NCBI GenBank assembly: GCA_018366195.1
Contig: JAGZIN010000001.1
Coordinates: 16,481 to 80,480 of the forward strand
Direction: 5' to 3'
DNA from: Butyricicoccus pullicaecorum
GTDB lineage: Bacteria; Bacillota; Clostridia; Oscillospirales; Butyricicoccaceae
Length of the DNA: 64,000 nucleotides
The notes beneath the pieces are model-generated. The model searched no databases. It saw only the letters and a list, made by a program, of their open reading frames with translations, and was not told the DNA's origin. The translations under genes were made by a program, and so were the position numbers. How positions within the stretch are numbered: position 1 is the first letter of the stretch; each line of letters starts with the position of its first letter. Below are positions 10,520 to 21,618 of this stretch, piece by piece.

Positions 10520-12598
10520 ATGAAAATGAAACGATGGGTGACCGCTGCGCCCGATTTGGATAAAGTACGGTCGCTGGCACATGCCTGCGGGCTGACCCCG
10601 CTCGCTGCTGCTGCATTGTGCGCACGGGGACTTGATACGCCGGAGCAGGCAAGCGCCTTTCTGGAAACCGACCCTGCCTGCCTGTACGACCCGTTTTTGC
10701 TGCCGGATATGGACAAAGCTGTGCAGGTTGTTCGCAATGCAGTGGAACAAGGAAAACAAATTATCGTTTTTGGAGACTATGATGTAGATGGTGTGACATC
10801 AACCTGTGTCCTGACCCGTATGCTGCACGCATTGGGTGCAAATGTGCGGCACTATATTCCCGATCGCCTGCGTGAAGGCTATGGACTGAGCATTTCTGCA
10901 ATGGACCATCTTGCAGCAGAGGGGGCACAGCTCATTATTACAGTGGATTCTGGCGTGTCGGCATTTGAAGAAATCGCACATGCCCGTATGCTTGGCATAG
11001 ATGTGGTGGTAACCGACCATCATGAATGTCGGGAGGAGCTGCCAGATGCCAATGCGGTGGTCAATCCCAAGCGCATGGACAGCAAATATCCATTTCCGGA
11101 ACTTGCCGGTGTAGGGGTTGCGTTTAAGCTCGCTTGTGCGCTTGCAGGGGAAGGACAGCACCATGCTGTTTTGGAGCAGTATGCCGATTTGGTTGCGCTC
11201 GGAACCGTGGCAGATGTCATGCCATTGCGCGGAGAAAACCGCATCATTGTGGCGGCAGGATTGCGCCGTATGGCAGAGACCAGCAATGTGGGACTTTCTA
11301 TGCTGCTGCGGGAGTCCGGACAATACGGCAAAAAGCTGACCGCTTCGGTTATCAGCTTTATCCTTGCACCACGTATTAACGCTGCCGGACGGCTCGGACA
11401 TGTGGATATGGCAGCAGAGCTTTTCCTCACCGATGACCCAAGGCGTGCACAGATGCTTGCGGCTGCGCTGTGTGAACAGAACAAGCAGCGGCAGGAGGAG
11501 GAAAATGATATCCTGCATCAGGCGCTGCAAAAGCTCCGCCATGAATATGACCCGCTGGAGGATCAAATGATTATACTAGCGGGAGAGCACTGGCATCATG
11601 GTGTCATTGGAATCGTATGTTCACGCCTGTGTGACCGCTATGCGTGCCCGACCGTACTCATTGCACTGGAAGATGGTGTCGGGAAGGGGTCGGGACGCTC
11701 CGTGAAAGGCTTTCACCTTTATGATGCGCTCTGCAATAGTGCGCCCCTTCTGGAACGCTTTGGCGGACATGAGCTTGCAGCTGGTCTGACCATTCGGGAA
11801 GAAAATATTCCGGCGTTTAAGCAGGAAATGGCAGCTTGGGCAAAGGAACATGTTAATCCTGCCGATTTGGTTCCGGTTTTGCATATTGACTGTCCCATCA
11901 CACCTGAACTCATTACAACAGAGACCATTTTGGGACTGGACGTTTTGGAGCCGTTTGGAATGGGCAATCCACAACCGGTTTTCTCTATGAATGATTTGCT
12001 TGTGGAGGAAATCACCCCCATTTCTTCAGACCGGCATGTCCGCCTGACGCTCTCAAAGAACGGCACGTTATATACTGCAATGCTGTTTGGGATTGGACAG
12101 GGCGGCTGTGGATTTGCGCAGGGAAATTATGTAGATGCTGCATTCTGTCTGGAGGTCAACGAGTATCGCGGAAGAAAAAATGTGCAGCTTGTCATTCGAG
12201 ATATCAAGCTGAGCACCTGCGAGGTGCTGGCAGACCAGAAGCTGCTGAATCTATATCACCATTTTATGTCAGATGGTGCGCTGACTGCCCGAGAGGCAAG
12301 TGTTTTGCTGCCTGACCGAAAGGATTTGGTTGCCGTGTGGAGGCATATCATCAGCCGTAGTGAAGATGGCCGGCTGACTGTACCAGATGGCGCGTTATCC
12401 CGCAGAGTTTCGTGGGAGAGCCGCCGAGAAATCAATATTGGAAAGCTGTTTGTCTGTTTAGATGTATTTAGTGAAAGTCAGCTGCTGAGCTATCATTTTC
12501 GGGAAGGACAGCTTAATATTCGATTAAAACATATTGAGGGCAAGGCTGATATTTCAAAATCAGTTGTTCTCAAAACCTTACAGTCCATGAGCAAATAG
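10520..12598 (+). CDS. recJ: Single-stranded-DNA-specific exonuclease RecJ
   Basis: Has DHH and DHHA1 motifs (VFGDYDVDGVTS, TVDSG, VTDHH). Confidence 0.95.
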   Translation: MKMKRWVTAAPDLDKVRSLAHACGLTPLAAAALCARGLDTPEQASAFLETDPACLYDPFLLPDMDKAVQVVRNAVEQGKQIIVFGDYDVDGVTSTCVLTRMLHALGANVRHYIPDRLREGYGLSISAMDHLAAEGAQLIITVDSGVSAFEEIAHARMLGIDVVVTDHHECREELPDANAVVNPKRMDSKYPFPELAGVGVAFKLACALAGEGQHHAVLEQYADLVALGTVADVMPLRGENRIIVAAGLRRMAETSNVGLSMLLRESGQYGKKLTASVISFILAPRINAAGRLGHVDMAAELFLTDDPRRAQMLAAALCEQNKQRQEEENDILHQALQKLRHEYDPLEDQMIILAGEHWHHGVIGIVCSRLCDRYACPTVLIALEDGVGKGSGRSVKGFHLYDALCNSAPLLERFGGHELAAGLTIREENIPAFKQEMAAWAKEHVNPADLVPVLHIDCPITPELITTETILGLDVLEPFGMGNPQPVFSMNDLLVEEITPISSDRHVRLTLSKNGTLYTAMLFGIGQGGCGFAQGNYVDAAFCLEVNEYRGRKNVQLVIRDIKLSTCEVLADQKLLNLYHHFMSDGALTAREASVLLPDRKDLVAVWRHIISRSEDGRLTVPDGALSRRVSWESRREINIGKLFVCLDVFSESQLLSYHFREGQLNIRLKHIEGKADISKSVVLKTLQSMSK

Positions 12599-12643
12599 AA
12601 CGGACGGTAAGGTGTGATTTGAGGCAAAGGAAGTGTCAAGGTT

Positions 12644-14857
12644 ATGAGCGCTCCGATGAAAAATAATATAGAGTTTTTACTCGAACGCATAAAAAAGCAG
12701 AATGCGTCAGCAAATCTGAAAAAGATTCGCGCAGCGTATGAGTGCGCTGCGGCGGCGCATGAGGGGCAGAAACGACGCAATGGAGAACCCTATATCATTC
12801 ATCCGGTTGCAGTTGCAAAAATCATTGCAGAAATGGGATTGGATACTGATTCAATTTGTGCGGGGCTTTTGCATGACTGTATTGAGGATACAGCGTTTGG
12901 ATATCGTGAAATCGAAAATAAATTCGGAACTTCGGTCGCGGAACTGGTAGATGGCGTGACCCGATTGGGCATGCTCCGTTATTCCAAGGAGCAGGAACAG
13001 TTTGAAGATTTGCGCAAGATGTTTATGGCAATGGCAAAGGATATCCGTGTCATTCTCATTAAGTTGGCAGACCGCCTGCATAATGCGCGTACCTTCCAGT
13101 ATCTGCCTGAGAGAAAGCAGCGCGATAAGGCGCTGGAGACCATGGAAATTTATGCGCCGATTGCGCATCGCTTGGGTATGAGCCGAATCAAATGCGAGCT
13201 GGAGGATTTGTGCTTACAGGTTCTCGACCCGATTGGGTATCAGGAAATCGTAGATGGGCTGGAAAAGGAATCTGAGCGATATGATGAATTTTTAGACCAT
13301 ATCAAGGAACGCATTGCGTCGAAACTGGACGAAGCGCGAATTGCACATGATATCTCTGCGCGGGTCAAGCATATCTATTCGATTTATCGCAAAATGTACG
13401 CACAGCATAAAACGATGAATGAAATTTATGATATTTGTGCCGTGCGCGTGATTGTAGAGAATGTGGCAGATTGCTACAATGTACTAGGCTATGTGCATGA
13501 TTTGTATAAGCCGATTCCCGGTCGCTTTAAGGACTATATTTCCACGCCAAAGCCCAATGGCTACCAGTCTTTGCATACAACGGTCATCGGACGGGAGGGA
13601 ATTCCGTTTGAAATCCAGATTCGTACCGAAGAAATGCATAAAATGGCAGAATATGGCGTTGCAGCACACTGGAAATACAAGCAGGGGCTGGACCGTGTGG
13701 GCAATGAGGAAGCGTTCTCATGGATTCGTCAGTTTTTGGAAGCGCAGCAGGATACTGAGGCAGAGGATTTTATTAAGGCAATCAAGGTAGACCTCTTTGC
13801 AGATGAGGTATTCGTCTTTACGCCCAAGGGGGACGTTATCAATATGCCGGCAGGTGCAACCCCGATTGACATGGCGTACGCAATCCATTCTGCTGTTGGA
13901 AACCGTATGGTGGGCGCAAAGGTCAATGGACGCATTGTACAAATTGACAGCCATCTGAAAAACGGCGATATTGTTGAGATTTTGACCAGTAAGGAAGCGC
14001 ATGGTCCAAGCCGTGACTGGATTAAGATTGTACGCACGACAGAGGCGCGCAATAAAATCAAACAGTGGTTTAAGAAGGAATGTCGTGAGGAGAATATCAT
14101 CAAGGGCAAGGAGGACCTCGATAGAGAGCTGCGTGCAAATCTGCTGTATAATGGCTTCTATGACAGCGAAGAAGTGATTCAAAATACACTCAATAAATTC
14201 AGCTATCAGAATATAGATGAGATGTATGCGGCAATTGGATATGGCGGCATTACCTTGACCAAGGTTATCAACAAGGTCAAGGACGAGGTCGGACGCTTGC
14301 GCCGCGCCACAGAGCGAGCCGAAAAGGCGGAGCAGTTGGCGGCACAGCAGCAGCCACAGCCCGAGAAAAAGAGCAAGCGCAGCCAGTCAGGGGTCATCGT
14401 AGAGGGCATTGATAACTGCCTTGTAAAGTTTGCCCGCTGCTGTACACCAATTCCCGGAGATGATATCATTGGATTTATTACACGTGGCTATGGCGTTTCC
14501 ATTCATCGGCGTGATTGTGTAAATGTGCGTGTCAATGAGGAGGATCAGGACCGCAGCCGCTGGGTCAACTGCTGGTGGGACGAGGAACTGCTGGAGCGGA
14601 ATAATAAATTCTCGACAGCATTACAAATTTCTACACACAGCCGGACAGGGGTTTTGGCAGAAATTATGGTGCTTCTGGCACAGTCTAAGGTCAATATACG
14701 TGACCTTACGGCACGAGACTTGGAGGACGGCTATGGAGTTATCAATGCGGTCATTGATGTCACTGGTGTGCGTCAGCTCAAGCACATTATGACTCGCCTG
14801 AAAAATACAAAGGGTGTTATGGACGTAACACGTCTTGCAAACGATAGCAATCATTAA
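12644..14857 (+). CDS. relA: Bifunctional (p)ppGpp synthetase/hydrolase RelA/SpoT
   Basis: Has an HD hydrolase domain (HPVAVAKI...LHDCIED), a RelA_SpoT synthetase domain, and TGS and ACT C-terminal domains. Confidence 0.95.
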   Translation: MSAPMKNNIEFLLERIKKQNASANLKKIRAAYECAAAAHEGQKRRNGEPYIIHPVAVAKIIAEMGLDTDSICAGLLHDCIEDTAFGYREIENKFGTSVAELVDGVTRLGMLRYSKEQEQFEDLRKMFMAMAKDIRVILIKLADRLHNARTFQYLPERKQRDKALETMEIYAPIAHRLGMSRIKCELEDLCLQVLDPIGYQEIVDGLEKESERYDEFLDHIKERIASKLDEARIAHDISARVKHIYSIYRKMYAQHKTMNEIYDICAVRVIVENVADCYNVLGYVHDLYKPIPGRFKDYISTPKPNGYQSLHTTVIGREGIPFEIQIRTEEMHKMAEYGVAAHWKYKQGLDRVGNEEAFSWIRQFLEAQQDTEAEDFIKAIKVDLFADEVFVFTPKGDVINMPAGATPIDMAYAIHSAVGNRMVGAKVNGRIVQIDSHLKNGDIVEILTSKEAHGPSRDWIKIVRTTEARNKIKQWFKKECREENIIKGKEDLDRELRANLLYNGFYDSEEVIQNTLNKFSYQNIDEMYAAIGYGGITLTKVINKVKDEVGRLRRATERAEKAEQLAAQQQPQPEKKSKRSQSGVIVEGIDNCLVKFARCCTPIPGDDIIGFITRGYGVSIHRRDCVNVRVNEEDQDRSRWVNCWWDEELLERNNKFSTALQISTHSRTGVLAEIMVLLAQSKVNIRDLTARDLEDGYGVINAVIDVTGVRQLKHIMTRLKNTKGVMDVTRLANDSNH

Positions 14858-14872
14858 GAGGAGGCACAGATT

Positions 14873-15325
14873 GTGCGAGCTTTGATTCAGCGCGTAAAGC
14901 ATGCGGCAGTCACCATTGATGGTGTGATGCAGGGGCAAATCGAACAAGGTATTTTGATTTTGCTTGGTATCTGTGAGGGAGATACGGTACAGGATTCAGA
15001 TTATTTGGCGGATAAATGCACGGGACTGCGTATCTTTACAGATGAAAATGATAAAATGAATTTATCCTGTGCAGATATTGGCGGTCAGCTGCTGATTGTC
15101 TCGCAGTTTACGTTATATGGGGACTGCAAAAAGGGAAAACGCCCGAATTTCATGCGGGCGGCACGTCCCGAGACGGCAATTCCACTCTATGAACGATTCG
15201 TTGCCCAGTGCCGGACAAGCGGTCTGTCGGTGCAAACCGGTGTGTTTGGGGCAGATATGCAGGTTTCGCTCGTGAATGATGGACCGGTTACAATTTGGCT
15301 GGATACTGCGGAAATGCGTGGATAA
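14873..15325 (+). CDS. dtd: D-aminoacyl-tRNA deacylase
   Basis: 150 aa with the SQFTLYGD motif. GTG start. Confidence 0.93.
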   Translation: MRALIQRVKHAAVTIDGVMQGQIEQGILILLGICEGDTVQDSDYLADKCTGLRIFTDENDKMNLSCADIGGQLLIVSQFTLYGDCKKGKRPNFMRAARPETAIPLYERFVAQCRTSGLSVQTGVFGADMQVSLVNDGPVTIWLDTAEMRG

Positions 15326-15340
15326 ACCAATAATAGGAGA

Positions 15341-15994
15341 ATGAATATGAAAATTTTACAGATGTGTGTCGGAATGTTTGCAACAAACTGCTATATTGTA
15401 TTCGACGAGGACACAAAGGAGGGCGCTGTGATTGACCCGGGTGCCAATGCAGAGGGAATTTTACAGGCGGCTGAACAGGCACAGGTAAAGCTTACATGGG
15501 TGCTCTTGACCCATGGACATTTTGACCATATCCTTGCTGTTCGGGACATACAAAAGGCAACTGGTGCAAAGCTTGCCATTCACAAGGACGAGCTTTGGCT
15601 GCTGAAGAAGGAAATACTGGAAGGCTCCATTCAGACTTTTGGTCTGTCGCGCCGTGATGATTATGAGGAGCTTACCCCCGACCTTTTGGCAGAGGAAGGC
15701 ACAGAGATTGCAATTGGAAATTTGACGGCGACCTATCTGCATACTCCGGGACATACCCCCGGCTCCAGCTGTATTCGGGTTGGAGATGTATTATTTACCG
15801 GGGATACCCTGTTCCGTCATGAATGTGGACGGTGCGACTTGGAAGGCGGAGACTTCGGAAAAATGCTCAAATCGCTCAAGCGCCTGAGTGAGATTCGCGA
15901 AAACCTGCATGTTTTGCCGGGACATGAGGGGGCATCTACGCTGGACGAGGAACGCCGTATGAATCCTTATATCCGTCAGGCGGTTGGAAAATGA
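15341..15994 (+). CDS. MBL-fold metallo-hydrolase (glyoxalase II-like)
   Basis: Has the HGHFDH metal-binding motif. Confidence 0.85.
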   Translation: MNMKILQMCVGMFATNCYIVFDEDTKEGAVIDPGANAEGILQAAEQAQVKLTWVLLTHGHFDHILAVRDIQKATGAKLAIHKDELWLLKKEILEGSIQTFGLSRRDDYEELTPDLLAEEGTEIAIGNLTATYLHTPGHTPGSSCIRVGDVLFTGDTLFRHECGRCDLEGGDFGKMLKSLKRLSEIRENLHVLPGHEGASTLDEERRMNPYIRQAVGK

Positions 15995-17466
15995 ATTATG
16001 TATTGACGGGGCATGATTTGAAGCATGCGGCAGAAGAAATGCTGCTGCAGCTTTTGCCAAGTGCGCTGCTCCACCGGCAGGACGATGATGGACAGACGGA
16101 TTTCTGCCATTCTGTGCTGGAGGAGGACAGAGATACCGTAACCGTTTTGACCCGTACAAGACTTTCCGGCACAACAAGAACCAGTACACGCACCGGAAAA
16201 ATCACAGGACAGGCTGAAATGGCGCGTAAGCGCACGGTTTCGGAGCTTGTGAAGCTGGGGATTTATGATACGGTTGCACCTGCCCTGGAGGTACCGCCGG
16301 CATGGGGAGCGCTGACGGGGGTTCGCCCGGCGAAGTTTGTGCGTTCTCTGCTGGACCGTGGTCTGACACGCGGGCAGGTTGCAGAGCAGTTTCGGACACG
16401 GTACTTTGTTTCTCCGGAGCGCACAGCGCTTGCTGTGCGCTGTGCAGCCTACGCACAGGAAGCGGTGAACAGTTTGCAGGAGAAAGAGGTATCGCTTTAT
16501 ATCGGTATCCCGTTTTGCCCGTCACGCTGTACGTATTGTTCCTTTGTATCAAGCTCGATTGAACGGTCAGCAGATTTGATTGCACCCTATTTAGATGCGC
16601 TGTATGCTGAACTTGCAGATACAGGTGCGTTACTGCGCGAACTGGGCAATAAGGTCACTTCTGTTTATATAGGCGGAGGAACGCCGACAACGCTCTCTGC
16701 TGACCAACTGTCACGCCTGATGGAACAGGCAGCAAAAGTGATGGATTTTTCAGCCCTGCGTGAATATACTGTAGAGGCAGGACGTCCAGACACCATTACG
16801 CCGGAAAAGCTGCATGCCATTCGTGCCGGCGGCGCTGACCGAGTTTCCATCAATCCACAGACCATGAATGATGCAGTGCTGAAGCAAATTGGACGCAGAC
16901 ACAGCGCAGAGCAAGTGATTCGTGCGTATGAGCAGGCGAGAGAAGCCGGATTTCCGGTCATCAATATGGATATCATTGCAGGGCTTTCGGGCGATACACC
17001 AGAATCCTTTGCCGAAACGATTGCACGCATTTTAGAACTTGCCCCGCAAAATATCACGGTGCACACGCTGGCAATTAAGCGCGGTGCCGATTTGTCAGAC
17101 CGTGCTGCCAATGCTGCCCAGCATGACTGTGTGGCAAAGATGCTGGACTGTGTGCAGCAGCAGCTGCCAAAGGCGGGCTATGGACCGTACTATCTCTACC
17201 GGCAGAAGTTTTCGGCGGGCGGCTTTGAAAATGTTGGGTGGTGCAAGCCGGAAACGGAGAGTTTTTATAACATTGCAATGATGGAGGAAATCCAGACGAT
17301 TCTGTCCTGTGGTGCAGGCGGGGTATCCAAACGAGTAGAACTGCAAAGCGGCAGGATTACACGGTTCAATGCACCAAAATATCCACAGGAATATCTGGGT
17401 GCTGCTGTAAGGATTGATACCGGAAAACGTCATTTGCTCCAAGAAAAGGGGGAAGCTTTATGCTGA
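15991..17466 (+). CDS. hemZ: Radical SAM coproporphyrinogen dehydrogenase-like protein (HemN/HemZ family)
   Basis: Has the CPSRCTYCSF radical SAM cluster motif and a HemN-like C-terminal domain. Confidence 0.8.
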   Translation: MNYVLTGHDLKHAAEEMLLQLLPSALLHRQDDDGQTDFCHSVLEEDRDTVTVLTRTRLSGTTRTSTRTGKITGQAEMARKRTVSELVKLGIYDTVAPALEVPPAWGALTGVRPAKFVRSLLDRGLTRGQVAEQFRTRYFVSPERTALAVRCAAYAQEAVNSLQEKEVSLYIGIPFCPSRCTYCSFVSSSIERSADLIAPYLDALYAELADTGALLRELGNKVTSVYIGGGTPTTLSADQLSRLMEQAAKVMDFSALREYTVEAGRPDTITPEKLHAIRAGGADRVSINPQTMNDAVLKQIGRRHSAEQVIRAYEQAREAGFPVINMDIIAGLSGDTPESFAETIARILELAPQNITVHTLAIKRGADLSDRAANAAQHDCVAKMLDCVQQQLPKAGYGPYYLYRQKFSAGGFENVGWCKPETESFYNIAMMEEIQTILSCGAGGVSKRVELQSGRITRFNAPKYPQEYLGAAVRIDTGKRHLLQEKGEALC

Positions 17467-18383
17467 AAACATACGATTTGGCAACCATGAACCAGCGTGC
17501 AAAGCTGGACCCGGCAGGGTATATTGCAGAATGTGAGGCGGCATATCTCGGACAGATTGAGGATACGGCGGAGCTGCTTGCGGAACGGCTTGCAGACCGA
17601 CCGATTCTTTTGCTCAATGGACCGTCCTCGGCTGGAAAAACAACGACAGCCGATCGCCTGTGCCGTGCGATTGAACGTCAGGGGATTCGCAGCCGCCGTA
17701 TTTCCATGGACGACTACTATTTGAGCCGTGATACCTATTCTATGCCGTACGATGAGGAAAATGATGTGGTAGACTTGGAGTCGCCACTGTGTATGGATTT
17801 AGAGCTTTTGAGTACACATTTGCATAAGCTGTCCAAGGGAGAAGAAATTTTAGTGCCGCATTTTGATTTTGCGAGCGGGAAACAGACACAAGATGTCACG
17901 CCCATGCGCTTGAATCAAGATGAAATCGTTATCATTGAGGGAATCCATTCACTCAATGACGTGATTACAGGCGGCTTGGAGGAGCTTGCAAGCTGCGTCT
18001 ATCTGTCTCTGGAGGCACAGGTTACCTATGAGGGCGGACGGTTTACCCCTGAAGTGCTGCGTTTTGCCCGCCGTGCAATGCGTGATTCCAAGTTCCGCAG
18101 TGCGTCGGTTGCGGATACCATTCGCCAGTGGCTGTCCATTCGCCGCGGAGAGCGTCTGTATATCGCGCCCTATCGTCATCATGCAGAATTTACCATAGAT
18201 ACCTACCTGCCCTATGAGAGCAATATTCTGTATCCGGCTTTGCGCGAGACATTGGACACGCATGCGGAGGAGCTTGCAAAGGCAGATTTGCTGGCTGCCC
18301 GCAGAGCAGCAGATTTGTTTGAGCCCATTGCGTATGAGAATTATATGCCGGACGCTTCGGTGCTGCATGAGTTTATCGGGTGA
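17460..18383 (+). CDS. Uridine-kinase-like P-loop nucleoside kinase
   Basis: Has Walker A (GPSSAGKTT) and a Udk-like ISMDDYY motif. Confidence 0.6.
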   Translation: MLKTYDLATMNQRAKLDPAGYIAECEAAYLGQIEDTAELLAERLADRPILLLNGPSSAGKTTTADRLCRAIERQGIRSRRISMDDYYLSRDTYSMPYDEENDVVDLESPLCMDLELLSTHLHKLSKGEEILVPHFDFASGKQTQDVTPMRLNQDEIVIIEGIHSLNDVITGGLEELASCVYLSLEAQVTYEGGRFTPEVLRFARRAMRDSKFRSASVADTIRQWLSIRRGERLYIAPYRHHAEFTIDTYLPYESNILYPALRETLDTHAEELAKADLLAARRAADLFEPIAYENYMPDASVLHEFIG

Positions 18384-18438
18384 GCGAGGGACACTGGGAA
18401 CATCATGAGAGATGTGCAAAAATAAGGAGAGGTCTAAA

Positions 18439-18831
18439 ATGGATCACAATGTTTCGATGATTTTGGAAAAAATCAAGGTTGTTGCAGAGCAAACGCGAAC
18501 AGCAACTGTTCGCGCGGTCGATCAGGCAGGGCGCAAGGCGAATGAAATGGCACAGGCAACCCGTCTGAATCTGCAAATCTTTGACCGCAATACCGAATGT
18601 GAAGTGCTGTACAAGGAAATCGGAAAGGTTATTTATGATATCCATCAGGGCACAGAGACATCGGAAGATATCATTGAAGAGAAGCTGCTGGCGCTCGATG
18701 CGCTGCATACAGAGCTTGATGCACTGCGCACGGAGCTTGCGTCCCTCAAAACGGTATGTATCTGTCCGCATTGCGGAAGACAGTGCAGCCGTGAGGACGC
18801 TTACTGTGCAGGCTGCGGCAAGCCGCTGTGA
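18439..18831 (+). CDS. Hypothetical coiled-coil protein with a C-terminal zinc ribbon
   Basis: AAGGAGAG RBS. The C-terminus has CPHCGRQC...CAGCGKPL. Confidence 0.5.
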   Translation: MDHNVSMILEKIKVVAEQTRTATVRAVDQAGRKANEMAQATRLNLQIFDRNTECEVLYKEIGKVIYDIHQGTETSEDIIEEKLLALDALHTELDALRTELASLKTVCICPHCGRQCSREDAYCAGCGKPL

Positions 18832-18864
18832 TAGGCAAAATTTTACTGGAAAGGTCGTGCAAAT

Positions 18865-20454
18865 TTGCCACAGCAATACAATAAAAAACAGACATTTTTA
18901 CAGGGTGCGATGATTCTGCTGGTTGCCAATTTATTGGTTAAGGTAATCGGTGCGCTGTTTAAGATACCGCTCCAGCATCTGCTGCTTGATGAGGGCATGG
19001 GTGTATTCAATGTGGCGTATCAGTTCTATACTGCCATGTTTGTGATTTCAACTGCTGGTGTTCCGGTTGCGTTGTCCAAGATGGTTTCCGAGTCCTATAC
19101 ACTGGGACGCAATCGGGAAATTCGTTCCATAATCCGCATTGCAGGACTGGTATTTATCACGCTGGGGGCACTGTGCTCCGGATTTCTGTATTTCGGTGCA
19201 GGCTGGCTGGGAGAAATCATTCAAAACCCCGCAGCGGTTCTGGCAATGAAGGCAGTTGCACCTTCTGTATTCTTTGTCGCCTGTATTTCGGTTGTGCGCG
19301 GCTATTATCAGGGCAGGTCCAATATGATGCCAACAGCACTCAGTCAGCTGGTTGAGGCGCTGGGAAAGCTGTTTTTAGGACTCGGATTTGCGGCGTTTGG
19401 CATGTATAAGGGCTTTTCGCTTGAGGTTTGCACCGCACTTGCGATTTTAGGCATTACCATTGGCGAGGGCGTTGCAGCAGTGGGTATTTGGGTCTATTAT
19501 CTGCGCGACCCAGCGCGTCACGCACGAGGCGCAAGCCGTGAATACCGCGGCAGCAGACAGCTTGTGCATAATTTGCTGTGGCTGGTCATTCCCATTACGC
19601 TCACCAATTCGGTGACCAGTTTGACAACCCTTGTGGATACGACCATGGTCGTTTCCCGCTTACAGTCGATTGGATATTCTCTGAAGGAAGCCAATGAACT
19701 GTTTGGTATGTATAATGGCAAGGCATTTACCATGTACAACCTGCCGCAGACCCTTATCGCTGCGCTTGCGATTTCCATTGTGCCTGCGATTGCAGGAGCA
19801 ATGGCGCAAAAGAACAGCGAGCTGACTGCAAAAAATTTAGGCTCTGCGATGCGGATTGCCATGCTGATTGCTCTGCCTGCCGGAACCGGATACTTTATTT
19901 TGTCAGAGCCGATTATTGATATGCTCTTTGCAGGAGACCCGCACGTTGGAGCCGCTTGCCTGCGCGTTTTGGCGTTTGCGATTCCGTTTGTTGCACTGGT
20001 CAGTCTGACAAATGCAGTTTTGCAGGCAGCAGGGCATGTGCGGGTACCTGTGATTTCCATGCTGGTGGGTGGTGTCATCAAGGTGATTGTCAACTATACG
20101 CTGGTGGGTATGCCGGAGATTCATATTTATGGAGCACCATTTGGCACAGTGGTTTGCTATGCGTTTATTACAGTCGTAAACCTCGTGATTCTGCGCAGGC
20201 ATGTGAAGCTGCCCGGTCTGGATAAGCTGTTTTTCCGTCCGATGGCTGCTTGTCTGGGCATGGGAGCAGGTGCGTATATCACCTATCGTCTGCTGTCCGG
20301 ATTGCTGGGCAATACAATTGGAGTGGCGGCTGCAATCTGTGCAGCAGGCGCGATTTATTTGGTGCTGCTTTTGGCGCTTGGCGCGCTGGAAAAAGATGAT
20401 GTCCTGATGATGCCAAAGGGAGAAAAGCTGGTTCGCCTTTTGCATTTGAAATAG
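18865..20454 (+). CDS. MOP-superfamily flippase, SpoVB/YabM-like (polysaccharide biosynthesis protein)
   Basis: About 14 transmembrane segments and a SpoVB-like N-terminus. It sits in the yabM position upstream of mazG. The start could instead be the TTG at 18865 or the ATG at 18910. Confidence 0.8.
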   Translation: MPQQYNKKQTFLQGAMILLVANLLVKVIGALFKIPLQHLLLDEGMGVFNVAYQFYTAMFVISTAGVPVALSKMVSESYTLGRNREIRSIIRIAGLVFITLGALCSGFLYFGAGWLGEIIQNPAAVLAMKAVAPSVFFVACISVVRGYYQGRSNMMPTALSQLVEALGKLFLGLGFAAFGMYKGFSLEVCTALAILGITIGEGVAAVGIWVYYLRDPARHARGASREYRGSRQLVHNLLWLVIPITLTNSVTSLTTLVDTTMVVSRLQSIGYSLKEANELFGMYNGKAFTMYNLPQTLIAALAISIVPAIAGAMAQKNSELTAKNLGSAMRIAMLIALPAGTGYFILSEPIIDMLFAGDPHVGAACLRVLAFAIPFVALVSLTNAVLQAAGHVRVPVISMLVGGVIKVIVNYTLVGMPEIHIYGAPFGTVVCYAFITVVNLVILRRHVKLPGLDKLFFRPMAACLGMGAGAYITYRLLSGLLGNTIGVAAAICAAGAIYLVLLLALGALEKDDVLMMPKGEKLVRLLHLK

Positions 20455-20528
20455 TGGCGGCTGCAATCCCACTGGCTTGAGACAATGGGGAGTTCATGTA
20501 GGAGAAAAAATACGGAAAAGGAAAAATC

Positions 20529-21341
20529 ATGGTTGATTTTACATTCAAAGAACGATACACTTACGAAGATTTGCTTGAAATCATGCGTATTCTGCGCAGT
20601 CCGGAGGGCTGTGTATGGGATAGAGAACAGGACCATAAGTCCATTCGCCGCAGTTTCATTGAGGAGACGTATGAAGCGGTGGAGGCAATTGATAACGATG
20701 ATTCGGTTCTGCTGCAGGAGGAACTGGGAGACGTTTTGCTGCAAGTTGTGTTCCATGCACAGATTGAGACAGAGGCAGGACGCTTTACAATGGCTGATGT
20801 TGCAGACGGGATTTGCAAGAAAATGGTTTATCGGCACCCACATGTATTTGGAACAGCAGAGGTGCAGACTGCTGATGATGTGCTGCAAAACTGGGACGCG
20901 CTCAAGCAAAAGGAAAAACATCAAAATACCGTGACAGACACGCTGGAAAGTGTTGCACGCAGTTTGCCCGGACTGATTCGAGCAGAGAAGGTGCAGCACA
21001 AGGCGGCAAAGGTTGGATTTGATTGGGACAATTTGCACGCGGCGTTGGAAAAGGTGCGTGAGGAAACCGAGGAGGTGGCACGTGCAGCAGACGGAGATGG
21101 GAATTTGTCCGAGGAACTGGGGGATTTGCTGTTTGCGGCTGTAAACGTGGCACGCTTTGCGCATACCGATCCGGAACAGGCAATCCAAGCCGCAACGGAC
21201 AAGTTTGTGCGCCGTTTTTCCAAAATAGAGCAGGCGGCGCAGCAGGCTGGAAAATCACTGAGCGATATGAGTCTTGCAGAAATGGACGCTTTATGGGACA
21301 TGGTCAAGGCACAGGAAAATGAGGCAGAATCGCATGAATAA
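20529..21341 (+). CDS. mazG: Nucleoside triphosphate pyrophosphohydrolase MazG
   Basis: Has tandem MazG EExxE/D motifs (EETYEAVEAID and EELGDLLFAAV). Confidence 0.9.
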   Translation: MVDFTFKERYTYEDLLEIMRILRSPEGCVWDREQDHKSIRRSFIEETYEAVEAIDNDDSVLLQEELGDVLLQVVFHAQIETEAGRFTMADVADGICKKMVYRHPHVFGTAEVQTADDVLQNWDALKQKEKHQNTVTDTLESVARSLPGLIRAEKVQHKAAKVGFDWDNLHAALEKVREETEEVARAADGDGNLSEELGDLLFAAVNVARFAHTDPEQAIQAATDKFVRRFSKIEQAAQQAGKSLSDMSLAEMDALWDMVKAQENEAESHE

Positions 21342-21618
21342 AGCAGAGTTGATTACCTGTGTGGCAGAGCGAACGAGACTGACCAAAAAGGATACGGAAA
21401 AGACCATCAATGTCATGTTGGATATCCTGTCCGAGCGGCTGACAGAAGGAGATAAGGTCAATCTTGCAGGCTTTGGAGCGTTTGAGACGAGAATGCGTGC
21501 GCCGCGAACATGCCGCAATATCCATACCGGAGAGCCAATTGAGGTCAGCGCAGCAAGAGCCCCTGTATTCAAGCCGGCAAAATCACTCAAGGAGCGAATA
21601 GAAAATGCGTTTAGATAA
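21334..21618 (+). CDS. hup: DNA-binding protein HU
   Basis: MNKAELI...GFGAFETRMRAPRTCRNIHTGEPIEV is the HU beta-arm. It overlaps the mazG stop by 8 nt. Confidence 0.92.
   Translation: MNKAELITCVAERTRLTKKDTEKTINVMLDILSERLTEGDKVNLAGFGAFETRMRAPRTCRNIHTGEPIEVSAARAPVFKPAKSLKERIENAFR

Noticed and set aside
21334-21341. 8-nt overlap between mazG and hup
   Set aside because: This is ordinary compact gene packing, not a frameshift or fusion. Both proteins are full length.
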